Assembly (NCBI GenBank): GCA_964476245.1
Contig: CAYYYW010000005.1
Span: 1 to 63,754 of the forward strand
Length of the DNA: 63,754 bases
DNA from: an uncultured Gammaproteobacteria bacterium
GTDB taxonomy: Bacteria > Patescibacteriota > Microgenomatia > UBA1406 > HO2-37-13b
Reading direction: 5' to 3'
In this document: in pieces, positions 9,392 to 19,955 of the stretch
Layout of the letters: each line of letters opens with the position of its first letter
Position numbering within the stretch: the first letter of the stretch is position 1
Translations under genes and position numbers: made by a program
Notes under the pieces: generated by a model
What the model was told of the DNA's origin: nothing
Databases searched by the model: none
What the model saw: only the letters and a program-made list of their open reading frames with translations

Positions 9392-9420
9392 TTGACAATT
9401 TCACTATCCTTTGCTATATA
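9392..9420 (+). promoter_or_regulatory. Sigma70-type promoter upstream of groES-groEL
   Basis: TTGACA (9392-9397), 17-nt spacer, TATATA (9415-9420); about 75 nt upstream of the groES ATG. Confidence 0.45.
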
Positions 9421-9496
9421 TTAAAGCACAAAATTTTTTATTCTACAATATGTAATGTAATAAAAAAATTATAAGTTTATTTTTTATGTTTAAATT

Positions 9497-9817
9497 ATGA
9501 AGATTAAACAAAACCTGCCTGCCGGCAGGCAAGGCATAAAACCACTTTTCGATTATATATTGGTTAAACCTCTCCAGCAAGAAGAGGTAAGGCCATCAGG
9601 AATAGTTCTTCCCGACACAGTTAAAGAAAAACCTCAAGTTGGCCAAGTAATGGCAGTTGGCCCAGGCGCAATGAACGATGATGGCAAAATTTTACCGATA
9701 TTGATTAAGGTGGGTCAAAAAGTTTTATATAAAAAATGGGGCGGTAACGAAACTAAAGTTGGTTCTGAAGAATGGCTTTTAATTGAACAAAAAGATGTTA
9801 TGGCAATTGTAGATTAA
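9497..9817 (+). CDS. groES: Co-chaperonin GroES
   Basis: IKPLFDYILVKP..SGIVLPDT..GQVMAVGPG..; about 13-aa N-terminal extension before the canonical I+PL start. Confidence 0.9.
   Translation: MKIKQNLPAGRQGIKPLFDYILVKPLQQEEVRPSGIVLPDTVKEKPQVGQVMAVGPGAMNDDGKILPILIKVGQKVLYKKWGGNETKVGSEEWLLIEQKDVMAIVD
9516..9531. repeat. Perfect 16-nt GC-rich palindrome inside groES codons 7-12
   Basis: tgcctgccggcaggca, encoding LPAGRQ. Confidence 0.85.
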
Positions 9818-9853
9818 ATGTTTCGACAGTTATAATCGTTATAAATTTTATAA

Positions 9854-11500
<1,647 letters not shown>

Positions 11501-11526
11501 AACGATTTTTGTTAGAGATTAACTTT

Positions 11527-11559
11527 AAAAAGCCCTCTAGACATGAGGGCTTTTTATTT
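11527..11559 (+). terminator. Rho-independent terminator after groEL
   Basis: Stem agccctc/gagggct, 7-nt loop, followed by a T-run. Confidence 0.7.
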
Positions 11560-11593
11560 GTTTTAGCTTTTTAATATAATTAATTATCATTAT

Positions 11594-12217
11594 ATGTTGA
11601 CGATTGGCGAAATTCTATTAAGGGAAAGAGAGGAAAAAAATTTAACTCTTGAGGAGATTGAAAAAAAAACTAAAATACGAAAAAAAAACTTAGAAGCGGT
11701 TGAAAAAAGCGACTGGAAAAAGTTTCCCTCAAAAACATATATTATTGGAATAATTAAAACTTATGGCAAATTTTTAAGTCTTAACGAAGACAAGTTAATT
11801 GCTTTTTTCCGTCGTCAATATGAAAAGAACGAAGAGATTAAATTTAAAGAAAGAGTTAACAAAACCCATTTAACTCCGGAAACAAAAAAAATTTTTAAAA
11901 TATCAGTCTGTTTTATTTTACTTATTTTTTCATTATATTTTGGTCATCAACTAGTTGTTTATTTTTCTCCGCCGAAAGTGGAAATAATTAGTCCAAAAGA
12001 GACAGTTTTTAAAAGAGAAAGCAAAATAAAATTAATTGGTAAAACAGAAAAAGAAGCAATCATCACCGTAAATGGCGAAAGAGCATATCAGAACAAAGAT
12101 AATGTTTTTGAAATTACCATACCTTTGTTTAAACAGAGAAATGAAGTTGTTATAGAAGTGATTGGCGCTAATGGACGTAAAACCATTATAAAAAAAATTT
12201 TTAGGAAGAAAAGCTAG
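11594..12217 (+). CDS. RodZ-like HTH membrane protein
   Basis: N-terminal HTH (IGEILLREREEKNLTLEEIEKKTKIRKKNLEAVE), one TM segment, C-terminal extracytoplasmic domain. Confidence 0.55.
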   Translation: MLTIGEILLREREEKNLTLEEIEKKTKIRKKNLEAVEKSDWKKFPSKTYIIGIIKTYGKFLSLNEDKLIAFFRRQYEKNEEIKFKERVNKTHLTPETKKIFKISVCFILLIFSLYFGHQLVVYFSPPKVEIISPKETVFKRESKIKLIGKTEKEAIITVNGERAYQNKDNVFEITIPLFKQRNEVVIEVIGANGRKTIIKKIFRKKS

Positions 12218-13185
12218 TGTTTAATCTTTTTCCACCAATTTTTATTCTTAATATACCACTGAATAGTTCTGGTTAGTGCTTCTTCAAAATTGTATTTTGG
12301 TTGCCAGTCTAGTTCTTGATTAGTTTTACTCCAATCGATCGCATATTTTCGGTCGTGTCCAGGTCTGTCTTTTACAAATTCTATCAAGCGCTCATCTTTT
12401 TTCATAATTTTTAAAACTTTTTTAATTATTTCAATATTGGAAATATCATCGGTCAAACCACCAATTAAATATGTTCCTCCTATCTTTCCTTTTTGCAAGA
12501 TCAGCTCAATCGCCCGCACATGGTCTTCAACAAACAACCAATCACGGACATGTAAGCCATCACCGTAAATAGACACTTTTTTCTCTTCAATAATATTAGT
12601 GATGGCTAAGGAAAGCAGCTTCTCCGGGAACTGAAAAGGACCGAAGTTGTTAGAACAGTTTGAAATAGTTATTGGTAAGCCATAAGTCAGGTGATAAGCT
12701 CGAACTAAATGATCTGAGGCGGCCTTTGACGCAGCGTAAGGACTACGAGGATTGTAAGGGGTTTTATCATTGAATTTTTCTTTTGAGTTTAGTTCTAAAG
12801 CGCCAAAAACTTCGTCAGTTGAAATATGATGAAATCTTTTTATATTGTTCTTTAATGCCGACTCTAAAAGCGTATAGGTACCTAAAACATTAGTGGTGAT
12901 AAAGGGAGCCGGATCTAAGATGGAACGATCAACGTGACTCTCGGCCGCAAAATGGATAACTATATCAACCTTTCTTATTAATTCATCTACCAGTCTTCTG
13001 TCACAAATATCACCCTTTGCAAATTGATAGTTTTTGTTATTTTCAATCGATTTTAGATTTTCAAGATTTCCAGCGTAAGTTAATTTATCAAGATTAACAA
13101 TAAAGTCTTCGGGGTGATGTTTCAGCCAATACAGAATAAAATTGGAGCCGATGAATCCGGCACCGCCGGTAACTAAGAGTTTCAT
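12214..13185 (-). CDS. rfbB: dTDP-glucose 4,6-dehydratase
   Basis: TGGAGFIGSN Rossmann motif, catalytic YAASKAASD, 323 aa. Confidence 0.9.
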   Translation of the reverse strand: MKLLVTGGAGFIGSNFILYWLKHHPEDFIVNLDKLTYAGNLENLKSIENNKNYQFAKGDICDRRLVDELIRKVDIVIHFAAESHVDRSILDPAPFITTNVLGTYTLLESALKNNIKRFHHISTDEVFGALELNSKEKFNDKTPYNPRSPYAASKAASDHLVRAYHLTYGLPITISNCSNNFGPFQFPEKLLSLAITNIIEEKKVSIYGDGLHVRDWLFVEDHVRAIELILQKGKIGGTYLIGGLTDDISNIEIIKKVLKIMKKDERLIEFVKDRPGHDRKYAIDWSKTNQELDWQPKYNFEEALTRTIQWYIKNKNWWKKIKH

Positions 13186-13321
13186 AAAGATATTTTAACA
13201 CAAGATCCTTACAGGTTAAAAGATTTTATTAACAAATCAACAAAAATTAAGTTATCTCGAATAAAGCAAAAACTTAATCAATACATAAATTGATATATAA
13301 AATATTATTTTTATACATTAA

Positions 13322-13347
13322 ACTACAATGATTTGAATCATTGTAGT
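13322..13347. promoter_or_regulatory. 26-nt palindrome (operator candidate) upstream of rfbB
   Basis: actacaatgatt-tg-aatcattgtagt. On the minus strand its centre gives TTCAAA, followed by 16 nt and TATAAA. Confidence 0.4.
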
Positions 13348-13364
13348 TGTAACACAAAAATAAT

Positions 13365-13811
13365 TTAAAATACTTTTTGACGTTCTATGCGATTTTTATA
13401 AAGCTCCTTTTTTGATTGTTCCCAATTTTTACCAGGAGCTGAGGCTATCAATTCTTCAACCGCGTCAACAATTTCTTCCCAAACTTTTTTCATTTCTTCG
13501 TTCTTTTTAATTTTTGAAATGATATTTTTTAATCCTACACCTTTGTTTTTAAGCCAGAGGGAAACATTACCTATGGTTGCCAAACTTACCTTTAACACAT
13601 CACTAATTGTTCTGTAGTTATAATTATTAAGAAGCATAAAAGCGATAGAAAATCTTTTTGAGAGCATAATTCTTTCGGTCGGAGTGAATAAATCTTCAAG
13701 AAACGAAGTCGCTGATTCTTTTGAATTGCAACTAACAATTGCTGAAACAAAAAGAAAAAAAATTCTCTGCTTAGTTTTATCGTTAAGGTATCGTCTTGAA
13801 ACCTGTGCCAT
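13365..13811 (-). CDS. TrpR/YerC-YecD-like DNA-binding protein
   Basis: LFTPTERIMLSKRFSIAFMLL..YRTISDVLKVSLATIGNVS matches the TrpR-related HTH pattern. Confidence 0.6.
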   Translation of the reverse strand: MAQVSRRYLNDKTKQRIFFLFVSAIVSCNSKESATSFLEDLFTPTERIMLSKRFSIAFMLLNNYNYRTISDVLKVSLATIGNVSLWLKNKGVGLKNIISKIKKNEEMKKVWEEIVDAVEELIASAPGKNWEQSKKELYKNRIERQKVF

Positions 13812-13844
13812 AATATTTGATACTATTTTATATATTTAACCCAT

Positions 13845-13860
13845 AATGATTCAAATCATT
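13845..13860. promoter_or_regulatory. AATGATT-N2-AATCATT palindrome overlapping the putative -35 of the TrpR-like gene
   Basis: aatgattcaaatcatt. On the minus strand: TTGAAT, 16 nt, TATAAA, then ATG at 13811. Confidence 0.45.
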
Positions 13861-14011
13861 GAGAATTTTAATTACAATTATGTCTTAATATCTAAAAGCA
13901 GATTGTCTAGATTTTCAATAAAATTTCTATGAAATTTGAAACTAAGTAATTTTCTGGCTTCTTTAATTGAAACCCATTTATACTCCGTGTGCTCAAAGCT
14001 TAGATTAAATT

Positions 14012-14338
14012 TTAAATTTTTTTTTTAAGTTTGCAAAGATAAACAAACAAAACTAAACCAAAACTTTCATCTCCAACAGGAATTTTAAGATTAGATATTG
14101 AAGCATCAAATAATCTAACTATTTTAACGTCTTTTCCTTCTATTCCCAATTCTTCCTTAACCTCTTTCCTCAAACTTTCTTCCGGAATTTCTCCGATTTT
14201 AATTCTTCCTCCTGGAAGATCCCAATGAGCAGAACAATTACCCTTAAGTTCTTTTGAATTCGCTTTTAAGATAAGAATTTTGTTTTCATCATTTAAAATT
14301 AATGCTTTTGTTCCAACGTGAAATTTTTGTTCATTCAT
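14012..14338 (-). CDS. Nudix hydrolase, truncated by a frameshift at an A10 run
   Basis: Nudix box GGRIKIGEIPEESLRKEVKEELGI. ATG 14338 chosen (MNEQKF). The missing C-terminus (EHTEYKWVSIKEARKLL..) is in the -1 frame down to 13878. Confidence 0.75.
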   Translation of the reverse strand: MNEQKFHVGTKALILNDENKILILKANSKELKGNCSAHWDLPGGRIKIGEIPEESLRKEVKEELGIEGKDVKIVRLFDASISNLKIPVGDESFGLVLFVYLCKLKKKI

Positions 14339-14339
14339 G

Positions 14340-14774
14340 TTATCTAAAATATCCTGCCGGGGGTTCTTCTGGGTCTTTTTTGAGACCGATATATTCAATG
14401 TTTATAACGTCTAAATTATTAATTCCTTCTTCTTTAAAAAATTTAACAACTTGATCTTGGGCTTCTAATTTGGACTGATTATAAAAAACAATAATTAGAT
14501 CGGTTTTGGGGCGATAATCTAAAACAACATCCTCAAATTCGTATCCGTTTATAAGTTTGTTTTTTATAGTTGATAACTGAAGATTTTCGTCTGATAGTGT
14601 TGGGGTAGGCGTTATTCTTTTTTGAATAATAACCTTCGTGGGTAAAAGCGTTTCTGTTGGAGATATATTCTCATTACCCCCTTTTTTTCTTGATGAGAAA
14701 GATAAAATAACCAGAAGGAGAAACAAAAAAATAAATATAAATGCACCTAATAAAAGATTTTTTTTATTCCACAT
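14340..14774 (-). CDS. Hypothetical membrane-anchored protein
   Basis: 144 aa, N-terminal TM LLLGAFIFIFLFLLLVILSF; no recognisable motif. Confidence 0.5.
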   Translation of the reverse strand: MWNKKNLLLGAFIFIFLFLLLVILSFSSRKKGGNENISPTETLLPTKVIIQKRITPTPTLSDENLQLSTIKNKLINGYEFEDVVLDYRPKTDLIIVFYNQSKLEAQDQVVKFFKEEGINNLDVINIEYIGLKKDPEEPPAGYFR

Positions 14775-14812
14775 GTATTTATTGAAAAATTTAAATTTTA
14801 AATTTTAAATTT

Positions 14813-15634
14813 TTAGTTTGTATTATAGTACCACCAAACATATCCGCAATAAGTTTTATTTCCTAGTCGCGCATAAGCAACGGTGCAATCGCCATAATAT
14901 CTTCTTGCTGCTCGATTGACCTGGTCTTCTGTCCATCCTGTTGAAGATGTAGCCTGACTGTCAGTTTTGAGTTTTTTGGCTGCGGCTCGTATATTATCTG
15001 TTAAATTGCATGGGTCTCCAGAGCCATAACTGGACCAGGCGTTAGGGCAGCCACCCTTGGTATTAAGACACGTTCCTTTCCAACAACAATTAGGACATAA
15101 TGAACTACCGGAATTATCTGTCCCAATTGTCATTTGCATCGGTCCGGTCGCCGAACAAACATTAGGACCACAACCGGGAATTACTTTTCCAGCTTCAGAA
15201 TACTCTTTTACTTGATCCGGAGTTAAATTGAAGGTTGAAGGCATTTCAATTTGCATCACTGCCTCAAGAATTAAAGGTGGAACACCGACTTGGTTACCCA
15301 CTTCTTGAAAAATATCCCTTAAAGACGTAAAAGCTGGTCTTGGAGTTGATGGCGAACTAGAGTCCGGTGTAGGACCAGCGGGAGAACCAGTGATAGAGCC
15401 AGGAGGAGAGTTGGAATCAGAATCGGTAATAGAAGGCATGGTAAGAAAAATTTCTAAAAGTTTTTTAATAATTACTATTGCTTCGTCTGGAGTAGGAGTT
15501 GGTTCTATTAGAGAATGTTCTTCTGGTTGGGTTTGAGAACGTATTTGATTACGAGTTCCCGCAACTATCAAAATAAATAATCCGCATATTAAGATTAAAT
15601 TAAAAAGTTTTTTTATCGACAGTTTTTTGTTCAT
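14813..15634 (-). CDS. Secreted Cys-rich protein, possible lysozyme-like/lytic transglycosylase domain
   Basis: Signal anchor, P/S-rich linker, then LEAVMQIEM..GPMQMT..RYYG, which resembles the SLT E..GLMQ..AYN pattern (weak). Confidence 0.4.
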   Translation of the reverse strand: MNKKLSIKKLFNLILICGLFILIVAGTRNQIRSQTQPEEHSLIEPTPTPDEAIVIIKKLLEIFLTMPSITDSDSNSPPGSITGSPAGPTPDSSSPSTPRPAFTSLRDIFQEVGNQVGVPPLILEAVMQIEMPSTFNLTPDQVKEYSEAGKVIPGCGPNVCSATGPMQMTIGTDNSGSSLCPNCCWKGTCLNTKGGCPNAWSSYGSGDPCNLTDNIRAAAKKLKTDSQATSSTGWTEDQVNRAARRYYGDCTVAYARLGNKTYCGYVWWYYNTN

Positions 15635-15666
15635 ATCTTGTTAAGTATAATCAATTTTTTTCTTAG

Positions 15667-15695
15667 TTGACAAATATTTTTTTATTGTTCATAAT
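15667..15695 (+). promoter_or_regulatory. Sigma70-type promoter of the Hsp100 gene
   Basis: TTGACA (15667-15672), 17-nt spacer, CATAAT (15690-15695). The ATG at 15702 is 7 nt after the -10. Confidence 0.45.
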
Positions 15696-15701
15696 AATAA
15701 T

Positions 15702-18700
15702 ATGGCAGGCGTTTTTGATTTTTTAAAAAAACAACCAACAGATAATAACCAAAGAGATCAAGATGTTTCTTCACAGCAAGTTGTTAGCCAAACAACAACT
15801 GAAGAACAAACCACAACCGGTTCTCAGTCTTATTCTGGTATTGGAAATCCTCCTCACGGCCAAGCCTACTCAGGAATTGGCAACCCACCCCAAGGACAGG
15901 CTTACTCTGGCATCGGCAATCCACCTCAAAGAATTGTCAGCAATCAGCAATCGGCAACCCTTCCGCCATCATCTGCGGCTCATATTTCTGGCGGACAGGT
16001 GAGTAATCAGCCAAAAACTGATCAACCGGTAACTGAAAACAAACAACAGAAAACCGATACTTTATCTTCAAATATTGACCAGAAAAAAAGAGGAGAACTT
16101 GATTTAATGACCCATTTAACCCAAAGATCAAACCGTGTTTTTATTGCTGCTCAGGCAAAAGCTAAAGAACTCCAAAGTGAATTTGTTGATAGTGAGCATA
16201 TTTTGCATGGACTATTGACGGATCCGGAGATTTATAAATTTTTTACAGAAACAAAAATTCTTCCCCAAATAATTGAGGAAGAATTGGCAAAAATTTATAA
16301 AAAGGGGGAGTCAAAGGTTCCTCCACAATTTTCACCCAGAGTTAAAAGAATTCTTGATAGATCGCTAATAGTGGCGCGAAAATTGGGTTTTGATTTTATT
16401 TCTCCCGAGCATATTCTTTTGTCGTTATATGAAGAAGGAGAAGGACTCGGGGCTCGCATTTTAACCAAATTAGGATTAAAAAAAGAGGATTTAAACAAAA
16501 AAATTATTGGTAAAAAAGAGGGGTTTGAAAAACAAGCTGCCGCCGAAAGCAAAAAAAGCACGCTTGAACAATACACGATTGATTTAACAGATAAGGCCGC
16601 GCAAGGACTGCTTGACCCAGTGGTTGAGCGTTCAGACGTTGTTGAAAGGGTAATTCACATTTTATCAAGAAGAACCAAAAATAATCCATCTTTGGTTGGT
16701 GAAGCTGGTGTGGGCAAAACTGCTGTTGCTGAAGGACTAGCTCAGAAAATTGTTAAAAAAGAAGTTCCTGAACCGTTACTAAATAAAAAAGTTCTCCAAC
16801 TTGACTTAATGAGTCTTATAGCCGGAGCCTCGCACCGTGGAGAGTTTGAAGAAAGAATGAAAAATTTAATTGAAGAAGTAAAGAATTCCCACGGGCAAAT
16901 AATTTTATTTATTGACGAAATACACAATCTTGTTGGCGCCGGTGCAGGAGGAGAAGGCGCTTTAGATGCCTCAAACTTTCTAAAACCATCCTTGGCTCGA
17001 GGAGAACTTCAAGTGATTGGTGCCACTACCTTAACCGAATACCGAAAATATATTGAGAAGGATCCCGCTCTTGAGCGAAGATTCCAACCAGTTTTAGTGC
17101 CCGAACCAACAGAAGAACAAGCCATTAAAATGCTAAAAGCCATAAGGGACAAATATGAGGCTTTTCATCGGGTAAAAATCCCCGATGAGGCGGTTGAATC
17201 AGCGGTAAAACTTTCCAAGCGTTATGTGGGAGACCGATTTTTGCCGGATAAGGCAGTTGACCTCATTGATGAGGCTGCTTCGGCCGTGCGGCTTCCATTG
17301 ATTTCTTTACCAGAAGAAATCCGTTCCGCTGAAGAAAGAATTAGCCAATTAAATCAAGAGGTTAAAGAGGCAGATAAAGCTGGCAACAGGGTAAAAATAA
17401 ATATCTTAAGGCCAAAAATTGAAAACTTAGAAATAAAATTAAAAGAAAAGCAGGAAGAATATAAGACTAAAAAGGGGCAAACCACTTCTTATGTTACTTC
17501 AGAGGTTATTAAAGATGTGGTTTCCCGCTGGACCGGTATTCCTGTTTCTAAAATCGCCGAGTCTGAAGTTGAGAAATTGGTCAAATTAGAGGAAATTATG
17601 CATCAACGACTTATTAATCAAGAAGCGGCTGTTTCTTCAGTGGCGGAAGCGGTAAGAAGAGGTCGAGCCGGTCTCAAATCAAATCAAAGACCAATTGGGA
17701 GTTTTGTTTTTCTAGGTCCTACGGGAGTTGGTAAAACAGAATTAGCCAAAACTTTAGCGGAAATTCTTTTCGGTCAAGAAGAAGCAGTTACCCGCTTTGA
17801 TATGACTGAATATATGGAAAGACATGAAGTGGCCAAACTTTTAGGAGCGCCCCCCGGCTACGTTGGTTATGAAGAAGGGGGAAAACTAACTGAGGCAGTT
17901 CGTCGTCGGCCCTATTCGGTTGTTCTTTTTGATGAAGTAGAAAAAGCTCATCCTGACATCTTTAATATTTTGCTTCAGATTTTAGACGACGGTCGGTTAA
18001 CAGATAATAAAGGACATACCATCTCTTTTAAAAACACTGTTGTTATTTGTACTTCTAATATTGGCACAGGTTTAATCCAAGACGAAATCTTAAAAACTGG
18101 AAAGGCCGAAATTGAAGAACCGCCAATATTGTCAACCTATGCCTTTTCTCCCCGTGGAAGGGAAATTTTAACTATTATGGGGAAAATCTTTGAAAGGGAG
18201 GCGGGCTCGTGGAAAGGTCAAGCGCTCCTTGATTATTTTTCCGGACAAAAAATTGAATCGGAAGACGAAAAACAAGACGAGATAGATTTTCCCATCCAGG
18301 GTTTTGATACCCATAGTATGTCAGCGAAAGGAATGGAAATTATTACCAAAAATGATAACCTTTTTTACCGTACTTCAACAACGCAAAAAATTTGGAAAAT
18401 GACTAATTTAATTGATTATTTCAAAAACGGCATAGTAATCAATGCCCTTCCTGATGCTCCCGAACAACAATTACCAACGGCAAAACTTAAAACCCAAGCT
18501 TTCTCACCGGATGAATGGGAAATTGTTACGCTAAAAGATAGATTCTGGCGAAGGAAGGAAGGTGATAATAATTGGCAAACTGGTTACTTAAAAGATTATT
18601 TTAAAGATCAAGTCATAAAAGAATCGCAAAAAGAACTCGCGTCTGAAGAAAAAGACCAAGTTTTAAACAGTGATTTAAAACCTAAATCAAACGAAACCAA

Positions 18701-19592
18701 TAAAAAATCAGCTGGGATTGTTTTTCCCATGAATTATTGGGATGTTCACACTTTCTCCCCAGACGGAAAAGAATTTATTATTTGCGGTGATAAAATTTGG
18801 ATTAAAAACCCGAATGAAAAACAGTGGTTGCCAACAAATTTAGCAGATTATTTTGGCAAGGATTTTCCCTTGGAAAAAGAGCTTGGAGAAAAGAAAAAAA
18901 TAGAAGAGGAATTAGACAAAAATCAATACCAAAGAATTAAAAACAAAGTAACAGATGAATTACGGAAGTTTTTCCGACCGGAATTGATTAATCGTTTTGA
19001 TGAGGTGATTATCTTTGAACCATTAAAATATCAACACATGCTTAAAATTGCCGATCTTCAGATGAAGGCTTTAAAAAAACTATTAGAGGAACAAAGCATA
19101 GGTCTTTTATGGACGGAAGTGGCGGTGAAGGAGATTGCTCGGGTTGGTTTTGATCCGATTTATGGAGCAAGGCCACTAAGAAGAGCTATTCAAAAATTGA
19201 TTGAAAACCCAATTTCCACTCTTATAATTCAACAAAAAATCAAAGAAGGTGATCAAATCGTGATAGACTTTGATGGAGAAAACCTTGTCTTTAATATAGA
19301 AAAGGTTGAGATGGTGCCTATTGATAACTTAACCCAAAAAGCCGTAAAAAATTATTTCTGTGAAAATTGCGGTAAGAGTTTTCAGACATTAACCGTGTCA
19401 AATAGCACTGTTGTTTGTCCTAAATGCGCTTCAAAAGATATTCAAGAAGAACTAGAACATAAAGAAGAAAAAATGGAACCCAAAGAAACAAAAAAAGACA
19501 AGGTAATTACTTCAGAAAAACCAGAAAAACCGGCGGAAACTAATCAAAATATTAACAATGATATTTCTCATCAACAATTCGCCAGTGTGTAA
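15702..19592 (+). CDS. ClpC/ClpB-family Hsp100 AAA+ unfoldase with large NBD2 insertion, N-terminal extension and C-terminal zinc ribbon
   Basis: Clp_N repeats (aa ~136-270). NBD1 has [17 protein letters not shown]. Short ClpC-like coiled coil. NBD2 has [20 protein letters not shown], then [18 protein letters not shown]. 1296 aa against about 810-870 for typical members. Confidence 0.85.
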   Translation: MAGVFDFLKKQPTDNNQRDQDVSSQQVVSQTTTEEQTTTGSQSYSGIGNPPHGQAYSGIGNPPQGQAYSGIGNPPQRIVSNQQSATLPPSSAAHISGGQVSNQPKTDQPVTENKQQKTDTLSSNIDQKKRGELDLMTHLTQRSNRVFIAAQAKAKELQSEFVDSEHILHGLLTDPEIYKFFTETKILPQIIEEELAKIYKKGESKVPPQFSPRVKRILDRSLIVARKLGFDFISPEHILLSLYEEGEGLGARILTKLGLKKEDLNKKIIGKKEGFEKQAAAESKKSTLEQYTIDLTDKAAQGLLDPVVERSDVVERVIHILSRRTKNNPSLVGEAGVGKTAVAEGLAQKIVKKEVPEPLLNKKVLQLDLMSLIAGASHRGEFEERMKNLIEEVKNSHGQIILFIDEIHNLVGAGAGGEGALDASNFLKPSLARGELQVIGATTLTEYRKYIEKDPALERRFQPVLVPEPTEEQAIKMLKAIRDKYEAFHRVKIPDEAVESAVKLSKRYVGDRFLPDKAVDLIDEAASAVRLPLISLPEEIRSAEERISQLNQEVKEADKAGNRVKINILRPKIENLEIKLKEKQEEYKTKKGQTTSYVTSEVIKDVVSRWTGIPVSKIAESEVEKLVKLEEIMHQRLINQEAAVSSVAEAVRRGRAGLKSNQRPIGSFVFLGPTGVGKTELAKTLAEILFGQEEAVTRFDMTEYMERHEVAKLLGAPPGYVGYEEGGKLTEAVRRRPYSVVLFDEVEKAHPDIFNILLQILDDGRLTDNKGHTISFKNTVVICTSNIGTGLIQDEILKTGKAEIEEPPILSTYAFSPRGREILTIMGKIFEREAGSWKGQALLDYFSGQKIESEDEKQDEIDFPIQGFDTHSMSAKGMEIITKNDNLFYRTSTTQKIWKMTNLIDYFKNGIVINALPDAPEQQLPTAKLKTQAFSPDEWEIVTLKDRFWRRKEGDNNWQTGYLKDYFKDQVIKESQKELASEEKDQVLNSDLKPKSNETNKKSAGIVFPMNYWDVHTFSPDGKEFIICGDKIWIKNPNEKQWLPTNLADYFGKDFPLEKELGEKKKIEEELDKNQYQRIKNKVTDELRKFFRPELINRFDEVIIFEPLKYQHMLKIADLQMKALKKLLEEQSIGLLWTEVAVKEIARVGFDPIYGARPLRRAIQKLIENPISTLIIQQKIKEGDQIVIDFDGENLVFNIEKVEMVPIDNLTQKAVKNYFCENCGKSFQTLTVSNSTVVCPKCASKDIQEELEHKEEKMEPKETKKDKVITSEKPEKPAETNQNINNDISHQQFASV

Positions 19593-19598
19593 TCAATT

Positions 19599-19949
19599 AT
19601 GGCTCTAAACTATACTTCTATTGATGTTGAAAAACTTAGTCAAAAGGAGGGGAATCGGTTAAACTTCTACCTATTGCTTGTAGTTACATTTAGTGCGGCT
19701 TTTTTAGCTGTTCTTCTTTTTATCTTAATCCAGAAAAAAATACATCCAACGGCTCCGACGAAGATAGAAAATCAAATTAAAGTACCTTCTCCAACGATTG
19801 TTGAAATAATTGATAATATTCCAACTCTTCAAGAAGCATCTCCTACGTCAATTATTGAAACAACCCAACCAGCCACATCATCCCCAACCATTATTGCTCC
19901 AGACGAAACAACTCAATCAGCTAAAATTGGTAGCGATTCAGCTCAATAA
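19599..19949 (+). CDS. Hypothetical membrane-anchored P/T/S-rich protein
   Basis: 116 aa, one TM (FYLLLVVTFSAAFLAVLLFILI), low-complexity tail. Confidence 0.5.
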   Translation: MALNYTSIDVEKLSQKEGNRLNFYLLLVVTFSAAFLAVLLFILIQKKIHPTAPTKIENQIKVPSPTIVEIIDNIPTLQEASPTSIIETTQPATSSPTIIAPDETTQSAKIGSDSAQ

Positions 19950-19955
19950 ACTATT

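Noticed and set aside
9371-9399. Possible CIRCE (HrcA operator) upstream of groES: ttagcagac-N9-tcttgacaa.
   Set aside because: The left half matches TTAGCACTC at 7/9, but the right half matches GAGTGCTAA at only about 4/9 and overlaps the -35. This is not a convincing inverted repeat.
12214-12217. Convergent RodZ-like and rfbB genes share overlapping stop codons on the palindrome CTAG, leaving no terminator space.
   Set aside because: The observation is real, but it is a common consequence of genome compaction and is not evidence of a special mechanism.
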